Below are positions 19,783-29,906 of a DNA stretch of 64,000 bases, in pieces; position 1 is the first letter of the stretch; each line of letters opens with the position of its first letter. The notes below the pieces were generated by a model. That model was given only the letters and a program-made list of their open reading frames with translations, had not been told where the DNA came from and did not search any database. The stretch comes from Verrucomicrobiota bacterium (lineage in GTDB: Bacteria > Verrucomicrobiota > Verrucomicrobiia > Limisphaerales > SIBH01). The stretch lies in NCBI GenBank assembly GCA_038205745.1, contig JBBRBM010000001.1, positions 35,516 to 99,515 of the forward strand, in the 5' to 3' direction. Position numbers and translations under genes: made by a program.

Positions 19783-20646
19783 TTATTGGACATTCACCGT
19801 TCGCAATTCCGAACTGCTCCAGCGCTCACCGGCGCGGAGGATGCGGCAGCGTTGGCCGACCGTGGCGCAGGCGGAAACGAATTCGTCCGGCGAGGCGGTG
19901 TTGAACTCGAACATGTCGTAGTGACAGGGAATCGCCACGCGCGCCCCGATGGCTTTGGCGAGTGAAGCGGCTTCGTGCGCGTTCAAGTTCCCGGCCACGC
20001 GGCGCTCAGGGCGATCACCGTTGATGGGCAGCAGCGCGATGTCCGGCTGGAAAAGCGAAATCTTCGCCTCCATGCCTTCGTAATGCAGCGTGTCGCCGGA
20101 GTGGTAAATCTTCAGGTCGCCGCAAGTGACGATGTAACCGAGAAACTTGTGGTGGCCCCATTCATCGCGCTCGAGTTCGGGATGCGCGGCGGGAACGGCT
20201 TCGATTTCGAACACGCCGAGTTGTTTACGTTCGCCGGCGTCCATTCCGCGCGGCGTTTCGAGCATCACGCCGAGCCGGTCGCACACGAAACCGCGGTTCG
20301 CTTCCGGCACCACGAGTTCGATCTTCGGATTCACGCGCAGGAGCGGCATGAGCGTTTCCTTGTCCAGATGATCGGTGTGGTTGTGGCTCGAAGTGACGAC
20401 GTTGATGAAATTCAAGCGCTCCGGCCGCACCACGAGCTCTGTCATGCGCACATGGGGCTTGTCGGTGGCGGCGTATTTGTGCGTGAGGGAGTCGGAGAGA
20501 TACGGATCAAGGAGCAAATGATGGTTCTGCCACTGAACGAGAAAACCGCTTTGCCCGAGCCACCAGAGATGAACGTCACCCGGATAGTCACGCGCGGCGA
20601 GCACGTCGGCGATGAAGTCGTCATCCTGGCGAACCGGTTGAATCAT
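19783..20646 (-). CDS. MBL-fold metallo-hydrolase
   Basis: The metal motif is VVTSSHNHTDHLD. The overall beta-lactamase-fold pattern includes WWLGQSGF and IYHSGDT. Confidence 0.8.
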   Translation of the reverse strand: MIQPVRQDDDFIADVLAARDYPGDVHLWWLGQSGFLVQWQNHHLLLDPYLSDSLTHKYAATDKPHVRMTELVVRPERLNFINVVTSSHNHTDHLDKETLMPLLRVNPKIELVVPEANRGFVCDRLGVMLETPRGMDAGERKQLGVFEIEAVPAAHPELERDEWGHHKFLGYIVTCGDLKIYHSGDTLHYEGMEAKISLFQPDIALLPINGDRPERRVAGNLNAHEAASLAKAIGARVAIPCHYDMFEFNTASPDEFVSACATVGQRCRILRAGERWSSSELRTVNVQ

Positions 20647-20666
20647 ACTTGATCCACGTTACTCGA

Positions 20667-20801
20667 CCCGAACAAGAACCCGAACAAGAAATGAAAACCA
20701 CGGAAGACACGGAACACACGGAAGCAAAAAGGATAACTGCCGAATGGCAATGGTCCGATCTTCAATTCACGTCTTTGCCTCATTCCGTGTCTTCCGTGGT
20801 T
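20667..20801. repeat. tandem 12-mer plus palindromic element, family B (ACCACGGAAGACACGGAA type)
   Basis: cccgaacaagaa occurs twice (20667-20690). The inverted repeat is aaccacggaagacacggaa (20696-20714) against ttccgtgtcttccgtggtt (20783-20801). It lies in a divergent promoter region. Confidence 0.85.
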
Positions 20802-20834
20802 CCCCTACTCATTCGGCTTGTTTATGTTGAAGCA

Positions 20835-21452
20835 ATGCACGAGCGAGCAGTTCAACATCTCTCCCGTGATCGCGTGATGGCGCGGTTGATCGAACGCGTC
20901 GGCCCCTGCCGGCTGCGCGCCGACCGTCAGCGCGAACCCTTCGCCGCGCTCGTTCGTTCCGTCACGTTCCAGCAACTGAATGGCACCGCTGCCGAAACGA
21001 TCTTCAACCGCTTCATCGCACTGTTTCCGAACGGCATTTTTCCCACGCCGCAACAAATTCTCGATGCGCCCGTCGAACGCATGCGCAGCGCCGGGCTCTC
21101 CGGCGCGAAAACCGCCGCGATCAAAGACATCGCTGCCAAGGCTCACGACGGCATCGTGCCAACACGCACCGAAGCCACCCGCTTAAGTGATACGGAATTG
21201 GTCGAGCGCCTCACCGCCATTCGCGGCGTCGGCCCGTGGACCGTGGAGATGCTCTTGATCTTCACGCTCGGGCGGAAGGACGTGTTTCCAGTGACCGACT
21301 TCGGCGTGCGCAAGGGTTTCGCGCTGACTTACGGCTTGGAGGAAATGCCGCACCCGAAGGCGTTGATCGAACTTGGCGAGCCGTGGCGCCCGTTTCGCAG
21401 CATTGCATCCTGGTATTTCTGGCGGGTGGCGGACGGGGCCAAAGGCGCGTAG
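20835..21452 (+). CDS. DNA-3-methyladenine glycosylase II-like HhH-GPD base-excision enzyme (AlkA family)
   Basis: From the ATG at 20835 the protein reads MHERAVQHLSRDRVMARLIERVGPC. The HhH element is LTAIRGVGPWTVEMLLIF and the catalytic-Asp region is VFPVTDFGVRKG. The track's 5' extension only translates the family B repeat. Confidence 0.8.
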   Translation: MHERAVQHLSRDRVMARLIERVGPCRLRADRQREPFAALVRSVTFQQLNGTAAETIFNRFIALFPNGIFPTPQQILDAPVERMRSAGLSGAKTAAIKDIAAKAHDGIVPTRTEATRLSDTELVERLTAIRGVGPWTVEMLLIFTLGRKDVFPVTDFGVRKGFALTYGLEEMPHPKALIELGEPWRPFRSIASWYFWRVADGAKGA

Positions 21453-21564
21453 AGCGTTCGCCAGAACTGCGCGCCAGCCTGCAAATCACACGTCCGGCAA
21501 TGTCCGTTTCCCGTAGCCTTGGTTTGCTTTCGTCACGGAGATTTCACATTGTTAAGAGTCCCAA

Positions 21565-24500
21565 TTGAAGATTCGCGTCTCAACCCACTTGGTGCTGCTG
21601 CTTTGGTTTTTGCTGGCTGCCGCTCGATGCTTTGCCCAGCCGGCCAATGGCGTGTACCGCGAGGTTTACACCAACCTGGCCGGCAGCGCGGTCGTGAACC
21701 TCACGAGTGCATCGGTGTATCCCAACTTTCCCGGCTTCGATGAAGTCATCACGACGGCGTTCGAAGCACCGGTGAATTGGGGCGAGCTTTTCGGCCAGCG
21801 CATGCGCGCGCTTATCACGGCACCGACGACGGGCAGTTACATTTTCTGGGTCGCCAGTGATGACAACGGCGAGTTGTGGTTGAGCACCGACGAGAATTCC
21901 ACCAATCGGCAGTTCATCGCATCGGTGAAGTCGAACACCACCTCGCGCCAATGGACGAAGGAGACCAACCAAATGTCCCTGCCGATCTCGCTCGTGGCCG
22001 GGCAGCGCTACTACATCGAAGCTTTGGCAAAGGAAGGCACCGGCGGCGACGATCTCGCGGTGCGATGGCAGTTGCCGGGTGGCGGATGGGAAACGTCCGA
22101 CACGAATGCGCCGATTCCCGCAACGCGGCTCACACCAGTCGGTCTTCAGCCGCCAACGATCGCGCAACAACCGACCAATGTGTCGGTGGTGGAGAACGAG
22201 TTCGCTACGTTCGCCGTCCGCGCGTTGCGCGTGGCCGGCATTGGTTATCAATGGAAGCGCGGCGGCATCAACATTGCCGGCGCCACCAATGGCAGTTATT
22301 CGGTCGGCCCGCTCGGACTAGGCGACAGTGGGAGCACGTTCAGTTGCGTGGTCACGAATTGGCTCGGGGTGACCAACAGCGACGTCGTGACGCTGACGGT
22401 GATTTCGGACAACACAGCGCCGACGATTTCGTCTGTCGCTAATCTCGGCAACAACCAGTTGATCACGCTGGTGTATTCGGAAGATGTCGAGACGGCGTCC
22501 GCCGCAGACAAAGTAAACTACGCAATCAATCTCGGCGTGGCATTGCTCGGCGCGCAGCCTGGCCCGGACGCCCGCACAATCCTTCTCACCACCACGCCGT
22601 TGGCGCAGAACACGACTTACACCCTCACCGTGAACAACGTGCGTGATCGCGCTTCGACGCCGAACCTGATCGCGCCCAACTCGCAACGCACGTTCACCAT
22701 CACTCCCACGCCGTTGCCCATTTCCATGGTGAAGCCGCAATCGGAACCGATCGGCCCGTCATCACGTCGCGGCGCGCTGGTGATTTCCGAAATGATGTAT
22801 CACCCGGCGGATCGCGCGGATGGGAAGAACGTGGAGTTCATCGAAATTTACAACACGCTCCCGTGGATCGAGGAGATGGGCGGCTACAAGATTTCAGGCG
22901 CGATCGATTACACCTTTCCAACCAACTTCGTCTTGGGCGCGCGCAGCTTTGTGGTAGTGGCAGCAAATCCCGCTGATTTGCAAAGTGCTCACGGCATCGC
23001 GAACGTGCTCGGGCCCTGGAGCGGAACTCTGCAGAACAGCTCCGGCACCTTGCGCCTGCACAACAATCTGGGCGCAACGCTTTTCGAGATGGATTACACC
23101 GGCGACCCGCCCTACCCCGTCGCTGCGGATGGCGCGGGACATTCGCTGGTGCTGGCGCGGCCGAGCTTTGGTGAAAGCGACGCGCGCGCATGGGCGGCGA
23201 GCGATGTCGTGGGCGGAACTCCGGGGACGAATGAAGTCGCCGCCGCGAATTCGTTCGCGAGCATCTTCATCAACGAGTTCCTTGCGCACACCGATCCGCC
23301 CGACGTGGATTACATCGAGCTGTTCAACTACTCGACTTCGGCCGTGAACCTCGTCGGCTGCACGCTCAGCGACGATCCTTCGACCAACAAGTTCATGTTC
23401 CAGATCGGGAGCGTGATTCCGCCAATGGGTTTCATGGTGGTGTATGAAACGAATCTCGGTTTCGCGCTGAGCGCCAGCGGCGAAGATATCTTTCTGCGCA
23501 ATCCGTTCCGCACTCGCATCATCGATGCAGTGCGTTTCGACGCGCAGGAAAACGGTGTGGCGACGGGACGTTTTCCGGACGGCGCGGCAACGTTTTCGCG
23601 TTTGCAGAACAAAACCCCCGGTACGAACAACGCACCCATCCGCCTGCCCACACTCGTGTTCAACGAGGTGATGTATCACCCCATCAGCGACAACGACGAT
23701 GACGAGTTCATCGAGCTCTACAATCCCGGCACCAACGCGCTTGACGTGAGCCAGTGGAGATTGGCCGACGCTGTGAAGTTCACGATGCCGACCGGCATGA
23801 ATATTCCAGCGAAGGGTTATCTCGTCATCGCTCGCAACGCGACGCGGCTGCGCACAATTTATCCGAATCTCACGAGCGCGAATTGTCTCGGCGACTGGCA
23901 GGGTGCCTTGCGCAACGGCGGCGAACGCATTGCGCTCACCACGCCCGACACTGTCGTGAGCACGAACGGCGCGGGCGTCGCGAGCACCAACACAATTCAC
24001 ATCGTGATCGACGAAGTGACGTACCGAGATGGCGGACGTTGGGGCCGCTGGTCGGACGGAGGCGGGAGCAGTCTCGAATTGCGCGATTGGCGGAGCGATC
24101 ACCGGCTGCCGCCGAGTTGGGGCGAGAGCGACGAGACAGCGAAAAGCCAGTGGATCAATATCGAGACGACCACCGCCACGACGAACGGCTACCCGGGCAC
24201 CATCACCAGCGCGTATCAATTGCACATGACGCTGATGGGCGCAGGCGAGTGCTTGCTCGACAACATCGAGGTGATCGGCTCGGGCGGGACGAATCTGGTC
24301 GGCAACTGGACGTTCGAAACCGGCACCGCAGGCTGGACACTTCAAGGGAATCACAACGACACCACGTGGGAGAACGAAGGATACAGCAGCGCGCGTTCAC
24401 TCCATCTGCGTGCCACGGGACGCGGCGACACCGGCGCGAATCGTGTCCGCACAGATTTGCCAGCCGTGCTGGTGCAAGGCGCGCCCGTCACGTTGCGCGC

Positions 24501-27500
24501 GAAGGTGCGCTGGCTGAAAGGCAATCCCAACATCCTCATTCGCCTGCGCGGCAACTGGGCTGAGTTGCCGGGCGTGACCTTGGCGGCGACTCGTCTTGGA
24601 ACTCCCGGCGCGGCCAACACCGTCGCCGTCACCAACGCCGGCCCGGCCATCACCGACGTCGTGCATTGGCCGCTGTTGCCGGCGACAAATCAGCCGGTCA
24701 CCGTGACCGCGCGTGTTCACGATCCGGATGGGCTCGCGATTTTGCTGCTCAAGTATCGCGTTGACCCGAGCACGAATTTCAACTCGGTCGCGATGATGAA
24801 CAACGGCGCAGGATTGTTCAGCGGCGTGATTCCCGGCCAGGGCTCGAATGTCGCCGCGGCGTTTTTCATCCAGGGCGCCGACAGGGTGAACCCGTCACTG
24901 ATCGCGAGCTTCCCGAATGACGCGCCGCAACGCGAATGCGTGATCCTCTGGGGCGACACCACGATTCCAGGGACGCTGCCAACGTATCGCTTCTGGATCA
25001 CGCAAACGAACATCGCGCGCTGGAGCGGCGAAGAGAAGATGAGCAACAAGCCCAAGGACGTGACGTTCATCCACGGAACGAACCGAATCATCTACAACGC
25101 TGGCGCGTGGTTCCATGGCAGCCCGTTTCATTCGCCCGGATACAACTCACCCACGGGTGCGGCTTGTGATTATGACATGGGCTTTCCTTCGGACGACCGG
25201 TTCCTCGGCGAGACGGACATCAACCTCTATCGTCCCGGCAACGGCGGCGGCGATGGCACCGGCCAGTGCGAGACTCACGCGAACTGGTTCGGTTACCAAA
25301 TGGGAGTCGGGTTTCTCTTCCATCGTCCCGTGTTCATGTATGTGAACGGCGCGCGGCGACAGACGATTTTCCATGACGCCCAGCAGCCGAATGGCGACTG
25401 GGCGGCGCAATGGTGGCCGAACGATCCCGATGGTGAGTTGCACAAGATCCAGTTGGGTTTTGAATTCGGCGATCAGGCTTACGGAAGCGGCGAGGCGGGC
25501 TTCAGCACGGTGGGCGCAAACTTCGGGCGATACTTCACGACGGGCGGCGCATTTCACGTGGCGCGCTATCGACAGACGCTGCCGTTGCGCTCGGTGTCCC
25601 CGACCCAGCAGAACGATTACACAAACCTCTACACGTTCGTAAACGCAGTGAACACCACCGCGACCTTGAACACCGAGGCTTACACCGCAGTGCTGACCAA
25701 CGCGACGGATGTGCCGTGGTGGTATCGCGTGGATGTGGTGCAGCATCTCTACGAAAACGGCGACAGCTTTTCCTACGGCGGCGGACAGAACGCGTTCTTG
25801 TACAAGCCGCAACGGGAGCCATGGAAGCTGTTGTTGTGGGACGTGGATTTCGCCTTCGGCCAGGGCACTGGACAGGGAACCAACACGTCGCTCCTGAATA
25901 TTGGCGGCGCTGATCACGGCCCGCGCAACGATCACAACCCGTTCCGCCGCATCTATTGGCAAACGCTCCTCGACGCTGCCAATACGATCCTGCTCTCGAC
26001 TCGATCGAACCCAATCCTCGACGCGCGCTACAACGGATTGCTCGCCGCCGGCGCCGCAGTCGGAAATCCGAACCAGACCAAGAACTTCATCCAGAACAAA
26101 CGCGCCGTGGTGCTGGCGCAGCTCGCCACAGTCGCGTCGCCATTCTCGCTCACGTCAAACAACGGCCAGGATTTCTCGGTCGCGACGAATTACATCACTC
26201 TGTCCGGCACTGCGCCGATCGACGTGCGCGCGATTGAAATCAACGGCATCACTTACTCGCCAATCTGGACTTCGATCACGAACTGGAGCCTGGTGATGGC
26301 GCTCACCTCCGGGACGAACGCGTTGAGCGTCGTCGGCCGCGATGCTTCGGGCAATGTGTTCAGCGGCGCGAGCAACACGATTCGCGTCAACGTCACAATA
26401 CCGGTCGCCCGACCCGAGGATTCAATCGTGATCAACGAGATCATGTACCATCCGCGCGTTGCCGGCGCGGAGTACATCGAGTTGCGCAACCGTTCCACGA
26501 ACACGAGCTTCGATCTCGCCGGCTGGCGTGTGGATGGAATTGATTACACGTTTCCCGCCAGCGCCATCATCCAGCCACGCCAGTTTCTTGTGCTCGCCAA
26601 GGACCGCGTCGCCTACACCAACTCGTACGGTGCGAACGCGCCGGTGTTCGATCTCTTCAGCGGCAATCTTCAGGCGAACGGAGAAACGATCACCCTCATC
26701 AGGCCAGGAGTCGTGGCACCGAACGATGTCGTCATCGACAAGGTTCGTTACGACAACTCAGCACCGTGGCCTGCCGATGCCGATGGGTTTGGAAGCGCGC
26801 TGCAGGTGGTCGATGCGGCGCAGGACAATTCGCGCGTGGGCAACTGGCGCGCAAAGTTCTCGCCCGCCATTTACAGCGATCCCATCTCGACACCCGCGCA
26901 CACGAATGATGGCTGGCGCCAGGTGAAGCTGACGACCACGTTCGGCAGCAACAATCGCCTGATCATTTATTTGGATAATCCTGGCAGCGTGTTGCTCGAC
27001 GATATTTTCCTCGTGACAGGATCGAACGCCGGCGTGGGACAGAACTTCATTCAAAACGGAGAGTTTGAATCACCGCTCGACACGAACATCTGGCAGCTCG
27101 GCACGAACATGAGCGCGAGTTCGATCGTGAGCGACGTGGTTCGTTCGGGCAACGGGGCGCTTCGGATCGTTCAAGACACTCCAGGCAGCGCATCCCTCCT
27201 GGTGCGCGATTTCGTCCAGTTTCTCGCGCCAACGCCAACGAACAGCCAGCTCAGCACTTTGAGCTTCTGGTATTGGGCGACGAACAACACGGCAACCAAC
27301 CTCACCATGCGCATCGTTGGAAGCGGGTTCCTCCTCACGACCAACATCAAGATTTTCATAACCCCGTCGAACTACATCCCGCCGCTGGTCATTACCCAGG
27401 AGGTCGTGACCTTGTCGCCGGGCGCATCGAATTCGTTGGCCACAAATCTGCCGCCGTTCCCGACGCTTTGGATCAACGAGGCACAGGCGGACAACACGAC

Positions 27501-29178
27501 AGGCATTCGTGACAACGCGAACGAACTGGAGCCATGGATCGAACTCTACAACTCGGGAACGAACGCACTCACGCTGGACGCATTGTTCCTCGCGAACAAT
27601 TACACCAACCTCGTGCAGTGGGCGTTCCCAACCGGCGTGGTGATCGGGGCGCAGCAATTCAAACTGGTGTTCTTGGATGGCGAGACGAACCAGACGACGC
27701 CGGCGGAACTGCACGCGCCGTTCCGCCTCACCAGCGACGCAGGATCGGTGGCGATATCACGACTCTTCAACAGCACCACACAGGTCGTCGATTACGTGAA
27801 CTACACAGCCGGACTCGATCACAGCTACGGATCATTTCCCGACGGACAGCCGTTCACGCGCCAGGAATTTTTCTACGTCACACCCGGCGCGACGAACAAT
27901 GGCACGTTGCCGCCGGTGGTCGTGTTCATCAACGAATGGATGGCGGACAATCTCTCCACGCTCGCTGATCCGGCAGACAATCAGTTCGAAGATTGGTTCG
28001 AGATTTACAATCCCGGCAGCAACGTTGTGAGCCTCGCGGGTTATTTCCTGACGGATGAACTGACGAACAAGTTCCAATTTCAAATCCCGCCGGGTTACTC
28101 CATTCCACCTCACGGCCATTTGCTCGTGTGGGCGGACAACGAAGCGAACCAGAACAGCGGCTCGCGTCCCGACCTGCACATGAATTTCAATCTTTCCAAG
28201 ACCGGCGAAGAGATCGGTTTGTTCACGCCGGAAGGCATCCAGATCGATGCCGTGACGTTCGGCGCGCAAACAACGGACGTCAGCAGGGGCCGGTTTCAGG
28301 ATGGGAGCACGTCGTTCTACTCGATGACGAATCCGACGCCGCGCACGACGAATTATTACCCGCTGCCGAACGCCGCGCCCAATCTCGCCGCGCTTCCCGA
28401 CGTCACGATTCTCGAAGGAACTCTGCTCTCGTTCATGGCGATTGCTGTGGACACGAATGTTCCCGCGCAGCAACTCACGTTCTCGCTCGATGCCGCGCCG
28501 ACGAACGTGACGATCGACGCCGTCAGCGGCAATTTCGTCTGGCAAACCGGTGAAAGTGACGGAGGCAATGGCTACCTGATAATGGTGCGCGTCACCGACA
28601 ACGGCACACCGCCATTGAGCGCGACACGCTCGTTCGCAGTGAATGTGATCGAAAGCAACACGCCACCGTCTCTCACGCCGCTCGAAGGCAGAACTACTGA
28701 TGAGGGATCAAACGTGTCCTTCACTGTGGTGGCGACAGATCCCGATGTCCCGGCGCAAAACCTCGCCTTCACTCTCGACGCAAGCGCGCCGCAAGGTTCG
28801 AGCATCGACTCCGCGACGGGCGTGTTCTCCTGGACTCCGACGTTCGCGCAAGCGCCGGGCGTGTACCAAATCACCATCCGTGTTCGCGACGATGGTGCGC
28901 CCGTGATGGAAGATTCCACCGTGGTCACGATCACTGTGAATCAGGCGACGACCGAGCCATTACGTTTTCATTCGATCACGGTGAGCAACGGTCTCGTGCG
29001 ACTGCCGTGGAACTCATTTCCCGGCCGCTCTTACCAACTCGAGTACAAAAGCAGCCTCGACGAAAGCTCATGGACACAACTCGGCACGAACATTGTCGCC
29101 GACACGACGAACATCATTGTGACCGACGCCATCGGCACCAACACGCAACGCATCTACCGCATTGTCCTCCTGCCCTGA
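21565..29178 (+). CDS. giant secreted multidomain protein: PA14-like, Ig-like, six lamin-tail-like modules, CotH kinase-like core, cadherin-like repeats
   Basis: It has a TTG start and signal peptide MKIRVSTHLVLLLWFLLAAARCFA. The PA14-like region has SYIFWVASDDNGELWLS. The Ig-like region has YQWKRGGINIAGATNGSYSV. The lamin-tail modules open at about nt 22780, 23265, 23655, 26425, 27465 and 27925 (for example VISEMMYHP..VEFIEIYN and IVINEIMYHP..AEYIELRN). The CotH-like core spans about 24930-26100 (IIYNAGAWFHGSPFHS ... LLLWDVDFAFG). The cadherin-like repeats span about 28370-28950 (VRVTDNGTPPLS, IRVRDDGAPVMED). Domain borders are approximate. Confidence 0.9.
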   Translation: MKIRVSTHLVLLLWFLLAAARCFAQPANGVYREVYTNLAGSAVVNLTSASVYPNFPGFDEVITTAFEAPVNWGELFGQRMRALITAPTTGSYIFWVASDDNGELWLSTDENSTNRQFIASVKSNTTSRQWTKETNQMSLPISLVAGQRYYIEALAKEGTGGDDLAVRWQLPGGGWETSDTNAPIPATRLTPVGLQPPTIAQQPTNVSVVENEFATFAVRALRVAGIGYQWKRGGINIAGATNGSYSVGPLGLGDSGSTFSCVVTNWLGVTNSDVVTLTVISDNTAPTISSVANLGNNQLITLVYSEDVETASAADKVNYAINLGVALLGAQPGPDARTILLTTTPLAQNTTYTLTVNNVRDRASTPNLIAPNSQRTFTITPTPLPISMVKPQSEPIGPSSRRGALVISEMMYHPADRADGKNVEFIEIYNTLPWIEEMGGYKISGAIDYTFPTNFVLGARSFVVVAANPADLQSAHGIANVLGPWSGTLQNSSGTLRLHNNLGATLFEMDYTGDPPYPVAADGAGHSLVLARPSFGESDARAWAASDVVGGTPGTNEVAAANSFASIFINEFLAHTDPPDVDYIELFNYSTSAVNLVGCTLSDDPSTNKFMFQIGSVIPPMGFMVVYETNLGFALSASGEDIFLRNPFRTRIIDAVRFDAQENGVATGRFPDGAATFSRLQNKTPGTNNAPIRLPTLVFNEVMYHPISDNDDDEFIELYNPGTNALDVSQWRLADAVKFTMPTGMNIPAKGYLVIARNATRLRTIYPNLTSANCLGDWQGALRNGGERIALTTPDTVVSTNGAGVASTNTIHIVIDEVTYRDGGRWGRWSDGGGSSLELRDWRSDHRLPPSWGESDETAKSQWINIETTTATTNGYPGTITSAYQLHMTLMGAGECLLDNIEVIGSGGTNLVGNWTFETGTAGWTLQGNHNDTTWENEGYSSARSLHLRATGRGDTGANRVRTDLPAVLVQGAPVTLRAKVRWLKGNPNILIRLRGNWAELPGVTLAATRLGTPGAANTVAVTNAGPAITDVVHWPLLPATNQPVTVTARVHDPDGLAILLLKYRVDPSTNFNSVAMMNNGAGLFSGVIPGQGSNVAAAFFIQGADRVNPSLIASFPNDAPQRECVILWGDTTIPGTLPTYRFWITQTNIARWSGEEKMSNKPKDVTFIHGTNRIIYNAGAWFHGSPFHSPGYNSPTGAACDYDMGFPSDDRFLGETDINLYRPGNGGGDGTGQCETHANWFGYQMGVGFLFHRPVFMYVNGARRQTIFHDAQQPNGDWAAQWWPNDPDGELHKIQLGFEFGDQAYGSGEAGFSTVGANFGRYFTTGGAFHVARYRQTLPLRSVSPTQQNDYTNLYTFVNAVNTTATLNTEAYTAVLTNATDVPWWYRVDVVQHLYENGDSFSYGGGQNAFLYKPQREPWKLLLWDVDFAFGQGTGQGTNTSLLNIGGADHGPRNDHNPFRRIYWQTLLDAANTILLSTRSNPILDARYNGLLAAGAAVGNPNQTKNFIQNKRAVVLAQLATVASPFSLTSNNGQDFSVATNYITLSGTAPIDVRAIEINGITYSPIWTSITNWSLVMALTSGTNALSVVGRDASGNVFSGASNTIRVNVTIPVARPEDSIVINEIMYHPRVAGAEYIELRNRSTNTSFDLAGWRVDGIDYTFPASAIIQPRQFLVLAKDRVAYTNSYGANAPVFDLFSGNLQANGETITLIRPGVVAPNDVVIDKVRYDNSAPWPADADGFGSALQVVDAAQDNSRVGNWRAKFSPAIYSDPISTPAHTNDGWRQVKLTTTFGSNNRLIIYLDNPGSVLLDDIFLVTGSNAGVGQNFIQNGEFESPLDTNIWQLGTNMSASSIVSDVVRSGNGALRIVQDTPGSASLLVRDFVQFLAPTPTNSQLSTLSFWYWATNNTATNLTMRIVGSGFLLTTNIKIFITPSNYIPPLVITQEVVTLSPGASNSLATNLPPFPTLWINEAQADNTTGIRDNANELEPWIELYNSGTNALTLDALFLANNYTNLVQWAFPTGVVIGAQQFKLVFLDGETNQTTPAELHAPFRLTSDAGSVAISRLFNSTTQVVDYVNYTAGLDHSYGSFPDGQPFTRQEFFYVTPGATNNGTLPPVVVFINEWMADNLSTLADPADNQFEDWFEIYNPGSNVVSLAGYFLTDELTNKFQFQIPPGYSIPPHGHLLVWADNEANQNSGSRPDLHMNFNLSKTGEEIGLFTPEGIQIDAVTFGAQTTDVSRGRFQDGSTSFYSMTNPTPRTTNYYPLPNAAPNLAALPDVTILEGTLLSFMAIAVDTNVPAQQLTFSLDAAPTNVTIDAVSGNFVWQTGESDGGNGYLIMVRVTDNGTPPLSATRSFAVNVIESNTPPSLTPLEGRTTDEGSNVSFTVVATDPDVPAQNLAFTLDASAPQGSSIDSATGVFSWTPTFAQAPGVYQITIRVRDDGAPVMEDSTVVTITVNQATTEPLRFHSITVSNGLVRLPWNSFPGRSYQLEYKSSLDESSWTQLGTNIVADTTNIIVTDAIGTNTQRIYRIVLLP

Positions 29179-29309
29179 TCGCGCAACAACGGCCCCGACG
29201 AGCATTGGCAAGCAAGTTAAGGTCAAGCGACTGGCAGCTTCATTTGTTCCAAAGCGATGTGGTTCGCCGGATCTGCAATCGCATCAGCCTAGAGCACTCA
29301 CCGAATTCT

Positions 29310-29906
29310 TTAAGTGCGTTGCAGATTTGTCAGACGCTCGCGCAATCGCACCTTGGCCCGGTAAATTCGCGATTCCACCGCTTTCTTCGAGCAGCGGAGC
29401 ACCAAGGCAATCTCCTGGTGCGGCATCCGTTCGTATTCGGCGAGGATCAGGGCTGTTCGCAAATCTTCCGGTAATGCGGCGACGGCGGAACGAACGATCT
29501 GAGCTCGTTCGCTTGAGGCAATCGCATCGTCCGGCAACGGTGTCGCATCGGGAATCGTGTCGCCGATGCTGCTGTCCCCTTCGCCGACGGGTTGATCCAA
29601 TGAAACTTGCCGATGACGTGAACGCCATTTCATTCGATCGCGGGCCAGATTCGTCGCGATGGTGTAAAGCCAGGTGAAGAACCGCTGCCGCGGATCGAAC
29701 TTTCCGCGATGCTGGTACACGCGAACAAATGCTTCCTGCGTCAGGTCTGCTGCATCCTCCTCGTTTTGCAAATGGCGGATGAGGTAGTGGAAGAGCGACT
29801 GCTTGTGTCGCTCCATAATTTCGTTCAATGCCGCGTCGTGGCCATCCACAAGACGCTGCATGTCCGCGCGGTCCTGCTGATCAGTCGCTGCGTCGTTCGT
29901 CGCCAT
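29310..29906 (-). CDS. ECF (group IV sigma-70) RNA polymerase sigma factor
   Basis: I trimmed the start to MATNDAATDQQ (ATG at 29906, 1-nt TGATG overlap with the upstream gene). Region 2 is DAADLTQEAFVRVYQH...FFTWLYTIATNLARDRM. Region 4 is LPEDLRTALILAEYERMPHQEIALVLRCSKKAVESRIYRAKVRLRERL. Confidence 0.9.
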   Translation of the reverse strand: MATNDAATDQQDRADMQRLVDGHDAALNEIMERHKQSLFHYLIRHLQNEEDAADLTQEAFVRVYQHRGKFDPRQRFFTWLYTIATNLARDRMKWRSRHRQVSLDQPVGEGDSSIGDTIPDATPLPDDAIASSERAQIVRSAVAALPEDLRTALILAEYERMPHQEIALVLRCSKKAVESRIYRAKVRLRERLTNLQRT

